A stretch of DNA of 64,000 nucleotides from the human T2T-CHM13v2.0 reference genome, Homo sapiens. The position numbers were made by a program, and so were the translations under genes. The first letter of the stretch is position 1; every line of letters starts with the position of its first letter. Below are positions 17,000 to 28,479 of the stretch, in pieces. The stretch lies in assembly GCA_009914755.4 (NCBI GenBank), contig CP086569.2, positions 3,232,001 through 3,296,000 on the forward strand. The letters run 5' to 3'. A model generated the notes under the pieces. The model searched no databases. It saw nothing but the letters and a program-made list of their open reading frames with translations, and was not told the DNA's origin.

Positions 17000-19340
17000 T
17001 TGAAATTAGCAGACAGTTCTTTAAAACAGCTGTAATTACTGTAACTCACAGACTTTTGGGAAAATATGCTTAATGAATAAATTGATAGGCAATTTTAAGG
17101 AGGTAGAGACTTTTAAAAGCAGACATGCTCAGATTAAAATTACAATATGTAAACAAACACAGAACCTAGCTATCTAGGTTCCTATATAATGTCAGATTAC
17201 AAATAAAAGAAGAAACATACATTCACTTAAAGATAGATTGATATAAATTATCCAGTCAGGAAAATAAAGAAAAAATAGATAGATTGATATAAATTATCCA
17301 ATCAGAAAAATAGAGAAAAAATATTTTAAAAAATGAGTAGATCTACAATAATCTCTGGTAAAGTGTGAAAAAGTCTAAAATATATAAAATGAAGGTATCA
17401 GAAAATGAGGAGTGACAGCATGGGACAGAAATACTATCTGAAGAAATAAAGACCAAAATCTTCATTTTAAGAAAATTCATATATGTGTAGAGTTAAGAAA
17501 TTCAGACAACATGAAGAAGAGACAACAAACAGAAAATAAATCATGTTCAGACATTTGAAAACTGACCTTAAAAGGCCATGAAAAATGTGAATCAGTTATC
17601 ACTATAATTCAGAAATAATGAAAATGGAAAGGCAGTGGAGGGAGATTTTTAATGGGCTCAACAATAAATAAAACCATTAACTGAAAATCTGATTCTATAT
17701 CTAGCAAAAATATCTTTTAATAATGGAAGTGAAGTGAAGACATACTCAGAAAATAAAAACTAAATACTAAGAAAATCTGTCATCTCTATAAATACCTGAG
17801 AATAACTGCTACAGAAAGTTTTTCTGGCTGAAGAGTAATTATTCCAGATGTAAATCAGACTTTTAGTTATGAACAGAAAACACAGAAAATTCTGAAGATG
17901 TCAGGAAACTAACAGACTATATTTCCTCTTAATTACTTAAATAGACACGTAACTGATTTAAACAAAAGTTATAACATTTTAATATAGTTTTGAACATATT
18001 TCAATATAATACACATGAAAACTATAAAATAGAAGATAGAGGTATAGAGAATGAACATATCCAAGCACAATGTTCTTATATTTTTTGCAAAGTGGTAGAA
18101 TATGAAATCTATGGAGACTGTAAAAACTTAAAAATATATATTGCTATCACTAGAGATACCTCTAAAATGTAATTGTAATAGGTATTTCAGAAAGCTAATA
18201 GATGTTAATATTAAATGCTAACAAATATTTAATGAACTAAAAAGAAGACAATAAGGGAAAACAGAGAAACAAAAATATGTTGTAAAAAGATAAATATTAA
18301 AGTGGTAGACCAAATATAACTATTATTATTATATTAAATATAAGAAGATTAATAGCTCCAATTAAATAGAAGCAATTTCCAGATTGTACAAAAGGGCAAG
18401 ACCAATACAAGGAATTGTACAAGAGATGTATATTATAAAGATACAGATTAGTTTAAGGTAAATACACAGTAGTTACACCTTTTACAAAAATTAACCTAAA
18501 ATGGATCATAGAACTAAATGTAAAGTGCAAAATTATGAAACACTTAGAAAATAACAGAGAAAATTTAGATGGCCTCAGTTTTGGTGATGTCATTTTAAGT
18601 TCAACATCATATGTACAATCTACAAAAAAAAGAATTTATAAGTTGAATTTAATTAAAATTAAAACATTTTGTTCTGTGAAAAACACTGTTAAGAAAATTA
18701 AGAAACAAGGCACATACCAGCAGAAAATATTAAAAAACATATACTTAGTAATGAACTGGTATTCAAAATATGCAGAAAAACTCTTGAAATTCAACCAAGG
18801 AAACCAATCTGATTAAAAATCGTCAAAAGATCTAAACAGACACCTCACCAAAGAAGATATACTGATTTTATATATAAGTATAAAAACAAGATGCCTAAGT
18901 CACTAGGGAATTGCAATATAAATCAATGAGATACTACTACACATCTAGTAGAATGACTAAAATCAACAATATGGACATCAAAAGCTGGTGAGAATGTGAA
19001 ACAACAGGAATTCTCATTCATTGTTGGTGAGAATGAAAAATAGTACAGCCATTTTAGAAGACAGTTTGGCAGTCTCTTATAGAACTAAACATGTTCTTAC
19101 CACCATATAATCCAGCAATTGCAATCTCTGAAATTTCTCCAAATGAGTTGAAAATGTATGCCCACACAATAACCTGCACATGGATGTTTGTTCATAAGTC
19201 CCTAAACTTGAAAGCAATCAAGATGTCCTTCAGTAGGTGGATAGATAAACTGTGATATAGCCATATAATGGAATATTATTCAGGGCTAAAAAGAAATGAG
19301 CTATCAAGCCACAAAAACATATGGGAAATCACTTGTGATT
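17000..19340 (+). mobile_element. Old L1 (L1M-like) ORF2 RT/C-terminal fragment
   Basis: Translations across 18480-19330 resemble the L1 ORF2 C-terminus: ...LNVKCKIMKHLENNRENLDGLSFGDV..., ...NPIKKW-like..., ...MEYYSAIKRNEL-like. All carry stops. Confidence 0.6.
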
Positions 19341-19985
19341 TTGATAGGAATATGTAATTAAAGTAAATTTAAAGAGAATTAAATTTATTAAAATAGTGAA
19401 ATTTCCTAGGGTAAAATAGAATGTATTTTAACTTTTAACATCCATTTTATGTTATTAAATAAAATTTTCTACTTTTATTTGCATAGGGTGTAGACAATAA
19501 TTTCTAATTTTAGGCCTATATCTTTTTGTATCTTTATTCTTGATACGATTATGAACTAGGTAATTTTCCCAATATATTTTCTAAATTACGATTATTGATA
19601 CATGTTAATGTTTATCTTTTATTTGTTTGTAACTGACCACCTTACATAATTCTTATTATTTATAATGGTTTCTCAATTGATTTTTAGGTATTTCCTAAGT
19701 GGCAAATCATGCTATCAACAAATAATAATATTTTTCCTCCTTTTAGTATATTTATTGTATTTATTTTTGTTTGATTAATTCTATTGGATCAAATTTTTAA
19801 GCAATTTTATAGTAGTGAAAATAAACATCTTTGCCTTACTTATGAAATTGAAAGAATCATTTTTGTTTTATTGTTAACCATAAGGCTGTATATTGGAGAT
19901 TTTAACTTTTTATTAATCTATGTTATACAAAGGAAGGATCCTTTTATCCTTATTTCATTAAAATATGTTTATCATAAATTCATTT

Positions 19986-20295
19986 ATTTGTTTGTTTGTT
20001 TGTTTTTCAGATGGAGTCTCGCTCTCTCACCCTGGCTGGATGTAGTGCAGTGGCACCAACTTGGCTCACTGCAACCTCCACCTCCTGGGCTTCAAGCAAT
20101 TCTCCCTGCCTCAGACTCCCAAGTAGGGATTACAGGTGCACGTCACCACGCCTCACTAATTTTGTATTCTTTAGTAGAGATGCGGTTTTGTCATGTTGGC
20201 CAGGCTAGTCTCAAACTCCTGACCTCAGGTGATCCACCTGTCTCGGCCTCCCAAAGTGCTGGGATTATAGGCATGAGACACCGTGACCGGCCCAG
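19986..20295 (-). mobile_element. Alu (minus orientation)
   Basis: A T-rich head, then gatggagtctcgctctctcaccctggctgga ... ggattataggcatgagacaccgtgaccggccc. Confidence 0.9.
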
Positions 20296-20918
20296 AAATT
20301 TATTTTAAATTCATTAAAATAGTTACTCAAACTCCAACAAGATGACATTTTTTCTTTTATCCATGAATGTGATTAATTCTCAAAATATATATTCTAATGT
20401 TAGATCATGCTGCATTTTACATGTTTCCATTTTTTCATGTGTTTTATATTTTACATGAATGTACATTCTATCCAGTAATAATTTATGATGTTATAAGTGA
20501 ATCTGCCACAGATATTTCTGTCATGCTTTGTGAGATTTTCACATCCGAGTCATACCAGATTTATAAAGATCTGGAAAGCATTTTCTTTACATCTTTTACA
20601 AAGAGAATCATTTGCTCCTTAAGTTGAGGAAAATGAATAGAATAAGCTGTAAGATCCATAAGTCTTATTGGGGGATAATTCTATGGTATCTCTTACAGTC
20701 AGGCCATACTTCCAACTTTCATCCCTCCAAATTAAGGTATATTAGTTGAATCTGCTAGAACTTCCTACACTTCTTACTCTTAACATGCCACCATTTCTGT
20801 CAACAGGGGTTTAGTGCTGGTTTCCTGACATTTTCTTCAATTCATTTCGAAGTGTAAAATACCTGGCAGGAATTATCCAGATACTTTACGATATGAAAAA
20901 GCAGTATGTCCTTGACAA

Positions 20919-20923
20919 CATTC

Positions 20924-20962
<39 letters not shown>

Positions 20963-21042
20963 TGAGACGGAGTCTTGCTCTGTCACCCAGGCTGGAGTGC
21001 AGTGGCGTGATCTCAGCTCAGTGCAAGCTCTGCCTCCCGGGA
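20919..21042 (-). mobile_element. 5'-truncated Alu 3' end (about 80 bp) with an (AAT)n tail, seen as (ATT)n on +, and a target-site duplication
   Basis: (att)14 followed by tgagacggagtcttgctctgtcacccaggctggagtgcagtggcgtgatctcagctc...cccggg. The direct repeat acattctttatt flanks it at 20911-20922 and 21043-21054. Confidence 0.75.
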
Positions 21043-21114
21043 CATTCTTTATTTTTAGAGTTGGTGAAATTCAGTTACCACATCACCAATTTTTGCTTAG
21101 TTCACTGTGCTTTG

Positions 21115-21440
21115 ATTTTTGTTTTTGTTTTTTTGTTTGTTTGCTTGTTTGTTTTTTTGAAATGGAGTCTTGCACTGTCGCCCAGGCTGGGTGCAATGGC
21201 ACAATCTTGGCTCACTGCAACCTCTGCTTCCTGGGTTCAAGTGATTCTCCTGCCTCGGCCTCCCGAGGAGCTGAGATTACAGGCACCCGCCATCAACCCC
21301 GGCGAATTTTTTGTATTTTTAGCAGAGACAGGGGTTTCACTATGCTGGCCAGGCTGGTCTCGAACTCCTTACCTCGTGATCCACCCGCCTCGGCCTCCGA
21401 AAGTGTTGGGATTACAGGCGTAAGCCACCACGCCTGGCCT
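21115..21440 (-). mobile_element. Full-length Alu (minus orientation)
   Basis: T-rich head gtttttgttttttt..., then gaaatggagtcttgcactgtcgcccaggctgg ... ggattacaggcgtaagccaccacgcctggcc. Confidence 0.9.
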
Positions 21441-22956
21441 TGTTTTTGTTTTTTAATTTGGTTTTATAGTCTCCCATTTCTTCGATGCCAAAAATTAAGC
21501 TTTCTCTAAAACTCTACAAGTAGATCAACATAATTTGGTTTGTAGAATACTTATATGAAAATTATATTACTGGAAACAATACGCAATAAAATATTAAGGA
21601 CCTCAGTCTCATTATGGTCTTTTATAATTTGAGAAATAAAGTGTCTATTATAGTGTAATGCCATTGGCATCCCTAATACAGTCATGAGAAGGCACTTTTC
21701 AGAGTCACAAGTAAATAAATCAATGCTTATAAATAGACAAACTGTTTACAATGAGATCTGTGTACTTCACATAAAAAGAAACAATAAAGGAAGATAAAAA
21801 CTGATAGACACTATTTAGATCATTTTATCTTCTTACAAGTTTTAAAGAAGTAGGTGGAAGCAATCTATCTTTCTCTCAGAGATACCCATAATTCATAATT
21901 TTGTATCACCAAAAACTGGAAGAAAGGTAATACAGTTTCTATTCAGCATTTCAATTATTTCATCATAAAAGGAAGTCACATTTTTTGTGTCAAAAGCGAT
22001 GGGATTCATTTCCAATTTCTCACCTACTTTCCAGATTTCTCCATGTTCCTGTATCTGTTGATAGAGGAAAAGACAGTCTCCAAATCTCCTGGGAATAATT
22101 TTGAGCCATCATAATATTCTTTTTAGAGGGGATGCATAAAGTAGACATTAAAAATCAAGAACCCAGATCATATCAGTGAGAAGAAATCTGCAATTCGTTA
22201 AATATGTGCAATTCTACGTCAATCCTTGAGCAGAGGCCTGAATCCCCATACATAGAAAGAACATATAGGAGTAATAAGTGAGGGAGGGTAAGTTACTACA
22301 AGTCATGCTGACGCACAAAAATACTTTCAGCGAGCATGAGGCATAAATGTGTTGGTGAGAAACAGTTGCAGGAACTGAGTTTTTACTATGCATAGAAAAT
22401 CTTATCTTCTGTGTTTCAAAAGCCCAAAAGTCCAGTGGAAATAGAAGCATTCTTTTCTAGAGTATTCCAAAGGAGACCTTCAATTGTACCCAACATACCC
22501 AATTATTGGTTATTGGGAGCTTTACTAAGTTGTTCATTAGATTTGATTGTGTTATTCAGTAGGTCTCCCTTACAATAAATTTTAAGTGATGAAAGTCAGT
22601 ACCAGTAAGGAAGATTACCAACAGCCAAAGGATCAGTAGACAACATTCTGAAATCCAGCCCAGTGACAAGTAAGAACTCTTAAGGGCAAAAGGAAGCTGT
22701 GGATAATATATGCTGCTTCAGACGATAGCTAGGACTCTGCAAAATATATGAAATTAAAAATAAATAATACCATACAGTATTATTAAGGAGTCAGAGTTGA
22801 TGCTGGTGGTAATTGTCTTCAAAGTGAATCACAGTGTTCTTGAAAAAAGTCAAGCCTTATTTTTCAGCTACTAGAAATGAAAATTTGAAATTTACAAATT
22901 ATTTTCATTTGACTTATCGGGTGATTTCCACATGCTGGAAATATCAAGAAATATTT

Positions 22957-23268
<312 letters not shown>

Positions 23269-23473
23269 ATATTTAAATAAACTGTCTGTGATGGCCATTA
23301 TTTCTTGAATTCTATCTTATTCCACTTATTCCACATTACTAAAAGATCCCTGAATTTCTGACTGAAGTTTAAAGAGAAACATCACAACTAGATATCAGAG
23401 TCCAAGGAAGAGACACAAAGACCTCAGTGGTACTGACAGGCAATAGCAAAGTCATTCGAAAGACAAAGATTTT

Positions 23474-23792
23474 GGCTGGTCGTGGTGGCTCACGCCTGTA
23501 ATCCCAGCACTTTGGGAGGCCGAGGCCAAGGAGGGCAGATAATGAGGTCAGGAGATCGAGACCATCCTGGCTAATATGGTGAAACCCGCCTGTACAAAAA
23601 ATATAAAAAATTAGCCGGGCGTGGTGGCAGATGCCTGTAATCTCAGCTACTCGGGAGGCTGAGGCAGGGGAATTGCTTGAACCTGGGAGATGGAGGTTGC
23701 AGTGAGCCGAGATGCCGCCATTGTGCCACTGCACTCCAGCCTGGGCGACAGAGCGAGACTCCATATCAAAAAAAAAAAAAAAAAAAAAAAAA
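23474..23792 (+). mobile_element. Full-length Alu (AluY/S-like) with a 25-nt poly(A) and target-site duplication
   Basis: Starts ggctggtcgtggtggctcacgcctgtaatcc and ends in a25. The direct repeat agacaaagatttt flanks it at 23461-23473 and after the poly(A). Confidence 0.9.
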
Positions 23793-24445
23793 GACAAAGA
23801 CAAAGATTTTAAGGCCATAGAGAAGAAAAATTTAAGCAGCAAGGCATCAAAAGCAAAAGTCTAGTTCAAAATTATTATTAATATCTGCTTTGAACATGGA
23901 AGAATGGAAGAGGGGAGTCAACGTACAGTAGTTACACTCTTTTATTGAGTTTAGTAGCTAATCAACAATTTGTTCCTGATATATCTAGATGAGCCAGTGA
24001 GACAATTATAAGTAATAACGGGAAGAACAATACCAGAGTAAAATCAAATAGGAAGAAAGTGATAGGCGTATTTACACTAATAGAAATAGAGTCCGTCAGT
24101 TAGTGGAAACTGGTGACAACAGCAGAGAAAACTCTGGAGAGCTATAAACTGCGTGAAATGAAGTGCATTGGAAGTTACAGAAAATACGCAAGAACAATGG
24201 GAGAAGAACTCCAGGAAGTGTAGGGGAGGGGCAGCGTGGAGAAGAAAGGATGTGACGTCACTGAGATAACCAGCTCGGCTGTTAGCAACTCTGTTAGCAA
24301 AGCTGTTTGTCTTTCTCGGAAACAACAGGTGAGAATTCCCCTTACAGACCTGCCCATGCTTTCTAAAGTGGCTCTCCCAAACCTACCTTTGTCCTAACTC
24401 AGTTGTCTGTGATTCTCAATATAGTAACGATAAGCCTCTTTGAAT

Positions 24446-25003
24446 ATGGAGGCCGCTGCAGACGGCCCGGCTGAGACCCAAAGCCCGGTGGAAAAAGACA
24501 GCCCGGCGAAGACCCAAAGCCCAGCCCAAGACACCTCAATCATGTCGAGAAATAACGCAGATACAGGCAGAGTTCTTGCCTTACCAGAGCACAAGAAGAA
24601 GCGCAAGGGAAACTTGCCAGCCGAGTCCGTTAAGATCCTCCGCGACTGGATGTATAAGCATCGGTTTAAGGCCTACCCTTCAGAAGAAGAGAAGCAAATG
24701 CTGTCAGAGAAGACCAATTTGTCTTTGTTGCGGATTTCTAACTGGTTTATCAATGCTCGCAGACGCATTCTCCCGGATATGCTTCAACAGCGTAGAAACG
24801 ACCCCATCATTGGCCACAAAACGGGCAAAGATGCCCATGCCACCCACCTGCAGAGCACCGAGGCGTCTGTGCCGGCCAAGTCAGGGCCAGTGGTCCAGAC
24901 AATGTACAAAGCCTGCCCCTGTGGCCCTTGCCAAAGGGCCAGATGTCAAGAGAGAAGCAACCAGATCCGGAGTCGGCCCCTAGCCAGAAGCTCACCGGAA
25001 TAG
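24446..25003 (+). CDS. TGIF2LY: TGFB-induced factor homeobox 2-like retrogene; TALE-class homeodomain protein, 185 aa, with a truncated C-terminus
   Basis: The [120 protein letters not shown]... contains a TGIF-type TALE homeodomain (NLPxxSVxILRDW...YPSExEK..[22 protein letters not shown]). The CDS is intronless. From the ATG at 24446 the ORF is 185 aa. A 1-bp loss in the run gtcagggccagtgg (about 24886) shifts the frame; the +3 frame then continues as ...[80 protein letters not shown] to 25170. I recall 185 aa for the Y-linked copy and about 241 aa for TGIF2LX. The X/Y choice rests on that memory; the family call is firm. Confidence 0.7.
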   Translation: MEAAADGPAETQSPVEKDSPAKTQSPAQDTSIMSRNNADTGRVLALPEHKKKRKGNLPAESVKILRDWMYKHRFKAYPSEEEKQMLSEKTNLSLLRISNWFINARRRILPDMLQQRRNDPIIGHKTGKDAHATHLQSTEASVPAKSGPVVQTMYKACPCGPCQRARCQERSNQIRSRPLARSSPE

Positions 25004-28000
25004 CCCAGCCAAAGAAAAAGGTCAAGATTTCTATCACTTCCCCGTCTTCTCCAGAACTTGTGTCTCCAGAGGAGTACGCCGACTTCAGCAGCTTCCTGCT
25101 GCTAGTCGATGCAGCAGTACAAACGGCTGCCGAGCTGGAGCTAGAGAAGAAGCAAGAGCCTAATCCATGATTGATGATGTTCCAAAAACCCAAGTAGTCA
25201 GTCCCTTGTGTACTGTGGTAAACCTGTTTATGTTCACCCCAACTTATTTGTATGCTTATCTTTTATAGAGGCATCTTTCTTTCTACTGGTTTTATGAGTA
25301 CCAATCTTAATTATTGGGACTAAATTCTGTCAGATATTTCAGTGTTTCCAGGTGAAAGACACTAAGGTGCCATCATAATGAACACTGCAGCAAAGATTTC
25401 TTAACTCTCCTTCCTCCTGGATTTGAACTCTTTAGACCATCAGACTAGTACATCTGAGATTAAACATCAAGCTGAGATTTCAGAGATAAATGTTTTTGGC
25501 TTTCTAGCCAACTTTCTTAATCCCAGGGTTGCTACATATAATAAGTCACCCCTCTTTCTCCCTCTCTCTCGGTAATCTCTGTTCATTAGTATGAGTGATA
25601 GAAAAGAAAGCCTCTATAAAAATGGCTATAACATCCCTCATTTTATTGTTGGAGTTTTGTGAAGCTTTCAATTCTTATATTCCTTTTTGTACAGTTTTGG
25701 CCAATTTTGAAGAAGTAGTTATTCTTTGCAGGGAGTTGACCATGAGAGCCAAAGTACAGTAAATTCATGAACATTTTTTTGCATAAAGGTGAACTCTTCT
25801 TGCTTTGAGCAGTGAAAAGTCTGCATAAAGGTATGAAAATTCCAAATGTTAATTTTCTCTTATTGGCTGTTGGTTAGATAGTTGGTTTTAGAGAATACTT
25901 TTTATTGATTTTAATTATAAAAGTAAAAACATAACAAAAAATAGAAAAAAACTGACAAAAAAATTCCCTGGAAGAAACCAAAGGAAGATAATTTAGAAAG
26001 AAACAAAATGAATCAATATATAACATGTCAGCAAAAAGTGAAGTAGATCCAGGTATTCTATTATTTTATCTTTTTAATACATTTATGTATTTTTCCTTTT
26101 AAAATTCTTGGTTTGGTAGGGAGTGGGGTAGGAATGTAAAAAGCTTCAGACCGGTCCCGCATGAAAATAATCCTATTGTCTTATAAAGGCAGCTTTTTCA
26201 CAAGTACAGGCAGATTTTCACTAGGATACGAACAGAAAGATACTACCCCAGAGAGCTGTAATTTTACTTCTCTGCTTTTAGGGAGCTAAAACCTGAGGAA
26301 TCTAGGGCTATAAATTGGACTCTAGCCTGATTCTGATTCTGCTCTAATGTGAAATAGATCATGATTTGTCTGCTTCTAGGGCCATTTTTTATATTGTTAT
26401 CTAATTATTGGCAATTTTAAATATAAGATGCCGTATCTTATTTAGGCATCTTAACAAACAATAGTCATGAGTTTTTACTTTGCATATTATAAGTTTCCAT
26501 GTTACCAGAAAGGAAACAGGCCCACATTCCCAAACTGTTGTTTCTGAAATAAACTAAAATAGGAAGGAGTTGAGGTTCCTAAGGCATACATGAATCCAGG
26601 GGCATTTAGAAGGAAGTGGTATAAAAACATTCATCGTAACCTTACTGAGGAGGGCCCGTAAACACTCAAGGAAACGCCCAAACCATTTTGTTTATAGTGC
26701 CTGGCAAAAAGCATTTTCTGCATATGGATACATAGAAGGCTCTTATTCAAGGAAAGGACGTTTGCTATCTGGGTGGCAAGATTTCTAGACTCAGCCTAGA
26801 GTATTTCTATACACTCATTTCTGGACCCTTACTACTTTGTCCTGTAGCTTTCTAACTGGTCTTAGGTCTCAGGCTTTTCTCTTTCTCAGTTGAAAATGAA
26901 GTTAATTGCAACTTTAGTGCTGAAGTCTGAAAAAGGAAGTTTCTTATTGTCTGGCCTCTTATAGACAATATAAGAGGCTTGTTTCCTCTTGTTTCTAGAG
27001 GCTGAGGCCACTTGGACTGTTCCTGTAGAATGACTATTGTAGTACTTGTTTATTAATAACTTTATTATTATTGTAAAATGACTGTGGAATCATTGTAAAA
27101 TCAGTGCTGCTGTAGAACTTACTCAAAGGTGAATATGTTGGGATTACAGTGGTATTTGTCCATTTCTGTTGTGCACTTTGTAATGGTGAATTGTGGTCTA
27201 CAATTGTGTTCTAGCTTTAACTCTATTATATCGAAAGAAATTGGGGAGAACTGTTCTCGGTTTTGTGCTACAAACATGGAGAAGAAGCAGTTGCTATATA
27301 CAACAGAATTTTTATTGTTGAAATTTTTGCCAAATAAATGTACTTTTTTTCATATAAAAGGACCAACTGTGTTTGTGATTCCACCAGGCTTTAACCACTT
27401 TGAAGTTGTAGCTTCTTTATGCATGTTTTTTTCTATAAGAGTGAAATTTAGGAAGCTATAATCTACTTCACTTTGTGGAGAGAAAAGGCGATAATTTTCT
27501 AAAGAAACTAAGTTTGGAAAACATAACCACCAATTCCATGTTATTTGAGTTTGAGAACTATGTAAAACCTGATAAAGAGTTTCTGAAACAATGGTCTTGT
27601 GGAAGTGAAAGGGTGAAGATAGCATTGAGAATATCTTGGTTAGGATTTTTTCTTTTTCCTTTTTTTTTTTTCTTCCAAAGTATTGGGAGTCATTTATATT
27701 TCCAGAAGTGTACAAGAATTTCTATTCCTCTACACTTTTACCAATACATAATATCAATTTTCAATTTTTCTCAAGCCAATAGCTATAAAACAGCCTAGCA
27801 TTATTCATTTGCCTTTGTCTGATTAATAGCAAAATTGAACACCTTTACATATTTTTCTTTTGCCACTCATTTTTTCCTCTTCTGTTGAAATCAATTGCTT
27901 AATTTTTCCTTTCTGCTTTGCCTTACTTATCCAGTGGCAGTTCTTCATAAATTGTATTACAATTATTTTGCTATATGAATTGCTAAATTCTTCCAATTTG

Positions 28001-28204
28001 TGCATCTCTTTTTAGTTTATTGATGGTGTCTTTTGTCATACAAAATTTCAAATGTTATTATATGCAAATTTGTTAGTTTTCCTTTATGAGTTGTGCTCTT
28101 TGTGCCTTATTTAAGAAATCTGTCATTGCCTAGGTATAATGAAGATATTTTCCTGTGTTTTCTTCTGTAAGTTTCTTTTTAAATTTTGCTTTAAGTTCTT
28201 GGAC

Positions 28205-28470
28205 ACATGTGCAGAATATGCACGTTTGTTATATAGGTATACATTGCAGAATGTGCAGGTTTGTTACATAGGTATACATGTGCCATGGTGGTTTGCTGCA
28301 CCTATCAACCCATCATCTAGGTTTTAAGCCCCACGTGCATTAGATATTTGTCTTGTCCCCGACCCCCTGACAGTCCCCAGTGTGTGATGTTCCCCTGCGT
28401 GTGTCCCTGTGTTGTCATTGTTCAACTCCCACTTATGAGTGAAAACATGCGGTGTTTGGTTTTTTTCTTA
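28205..28470 (-). mobile_element. Short L1PA 3'-end fragment (ORF2 end and 3' UTR), minus orientation
   Basis: acatgtgcagaatgtgcaggtttgttacataggtatacatgtgccatggtggtttgctgcacctatcaacc...tgagtgaaaacatgcggtgtttggtttt is the reverse complement of the L1PA 3' end. Confidence 0.75.
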
Positions 28471-28479
28471 AGAAAGATA

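Noticed and set aside
19784-21509. ORFs of 170-176 aa (19784-20308, 20893-21423, 20997-21509)
   Set aside because: They run through minus-strand Alu elements. The peptides carry typical Alu-derived motifs such as [18 protein letters not shown] and the characteristic PGSS..SPASAS segment. They are not genes.
23369-23842. A 157-aa minus-strand ORF
   Set aside because: It is the antisense translation of the Alu at 23474-23792 and its poly(A) (the FFFFFFFF run).
24576-25193. A 135-aa +2-frame ORF (24576-24983) and a 128-aa antisense ORF (24807-25193) overlapping the TGIF2L CDS
   Set aside because: These are alternative frames of a GC-rich coding exon with no homology. The frame 24928-25170 is an exception: it is the displaced genuine C-terminus, discussed as a finding.
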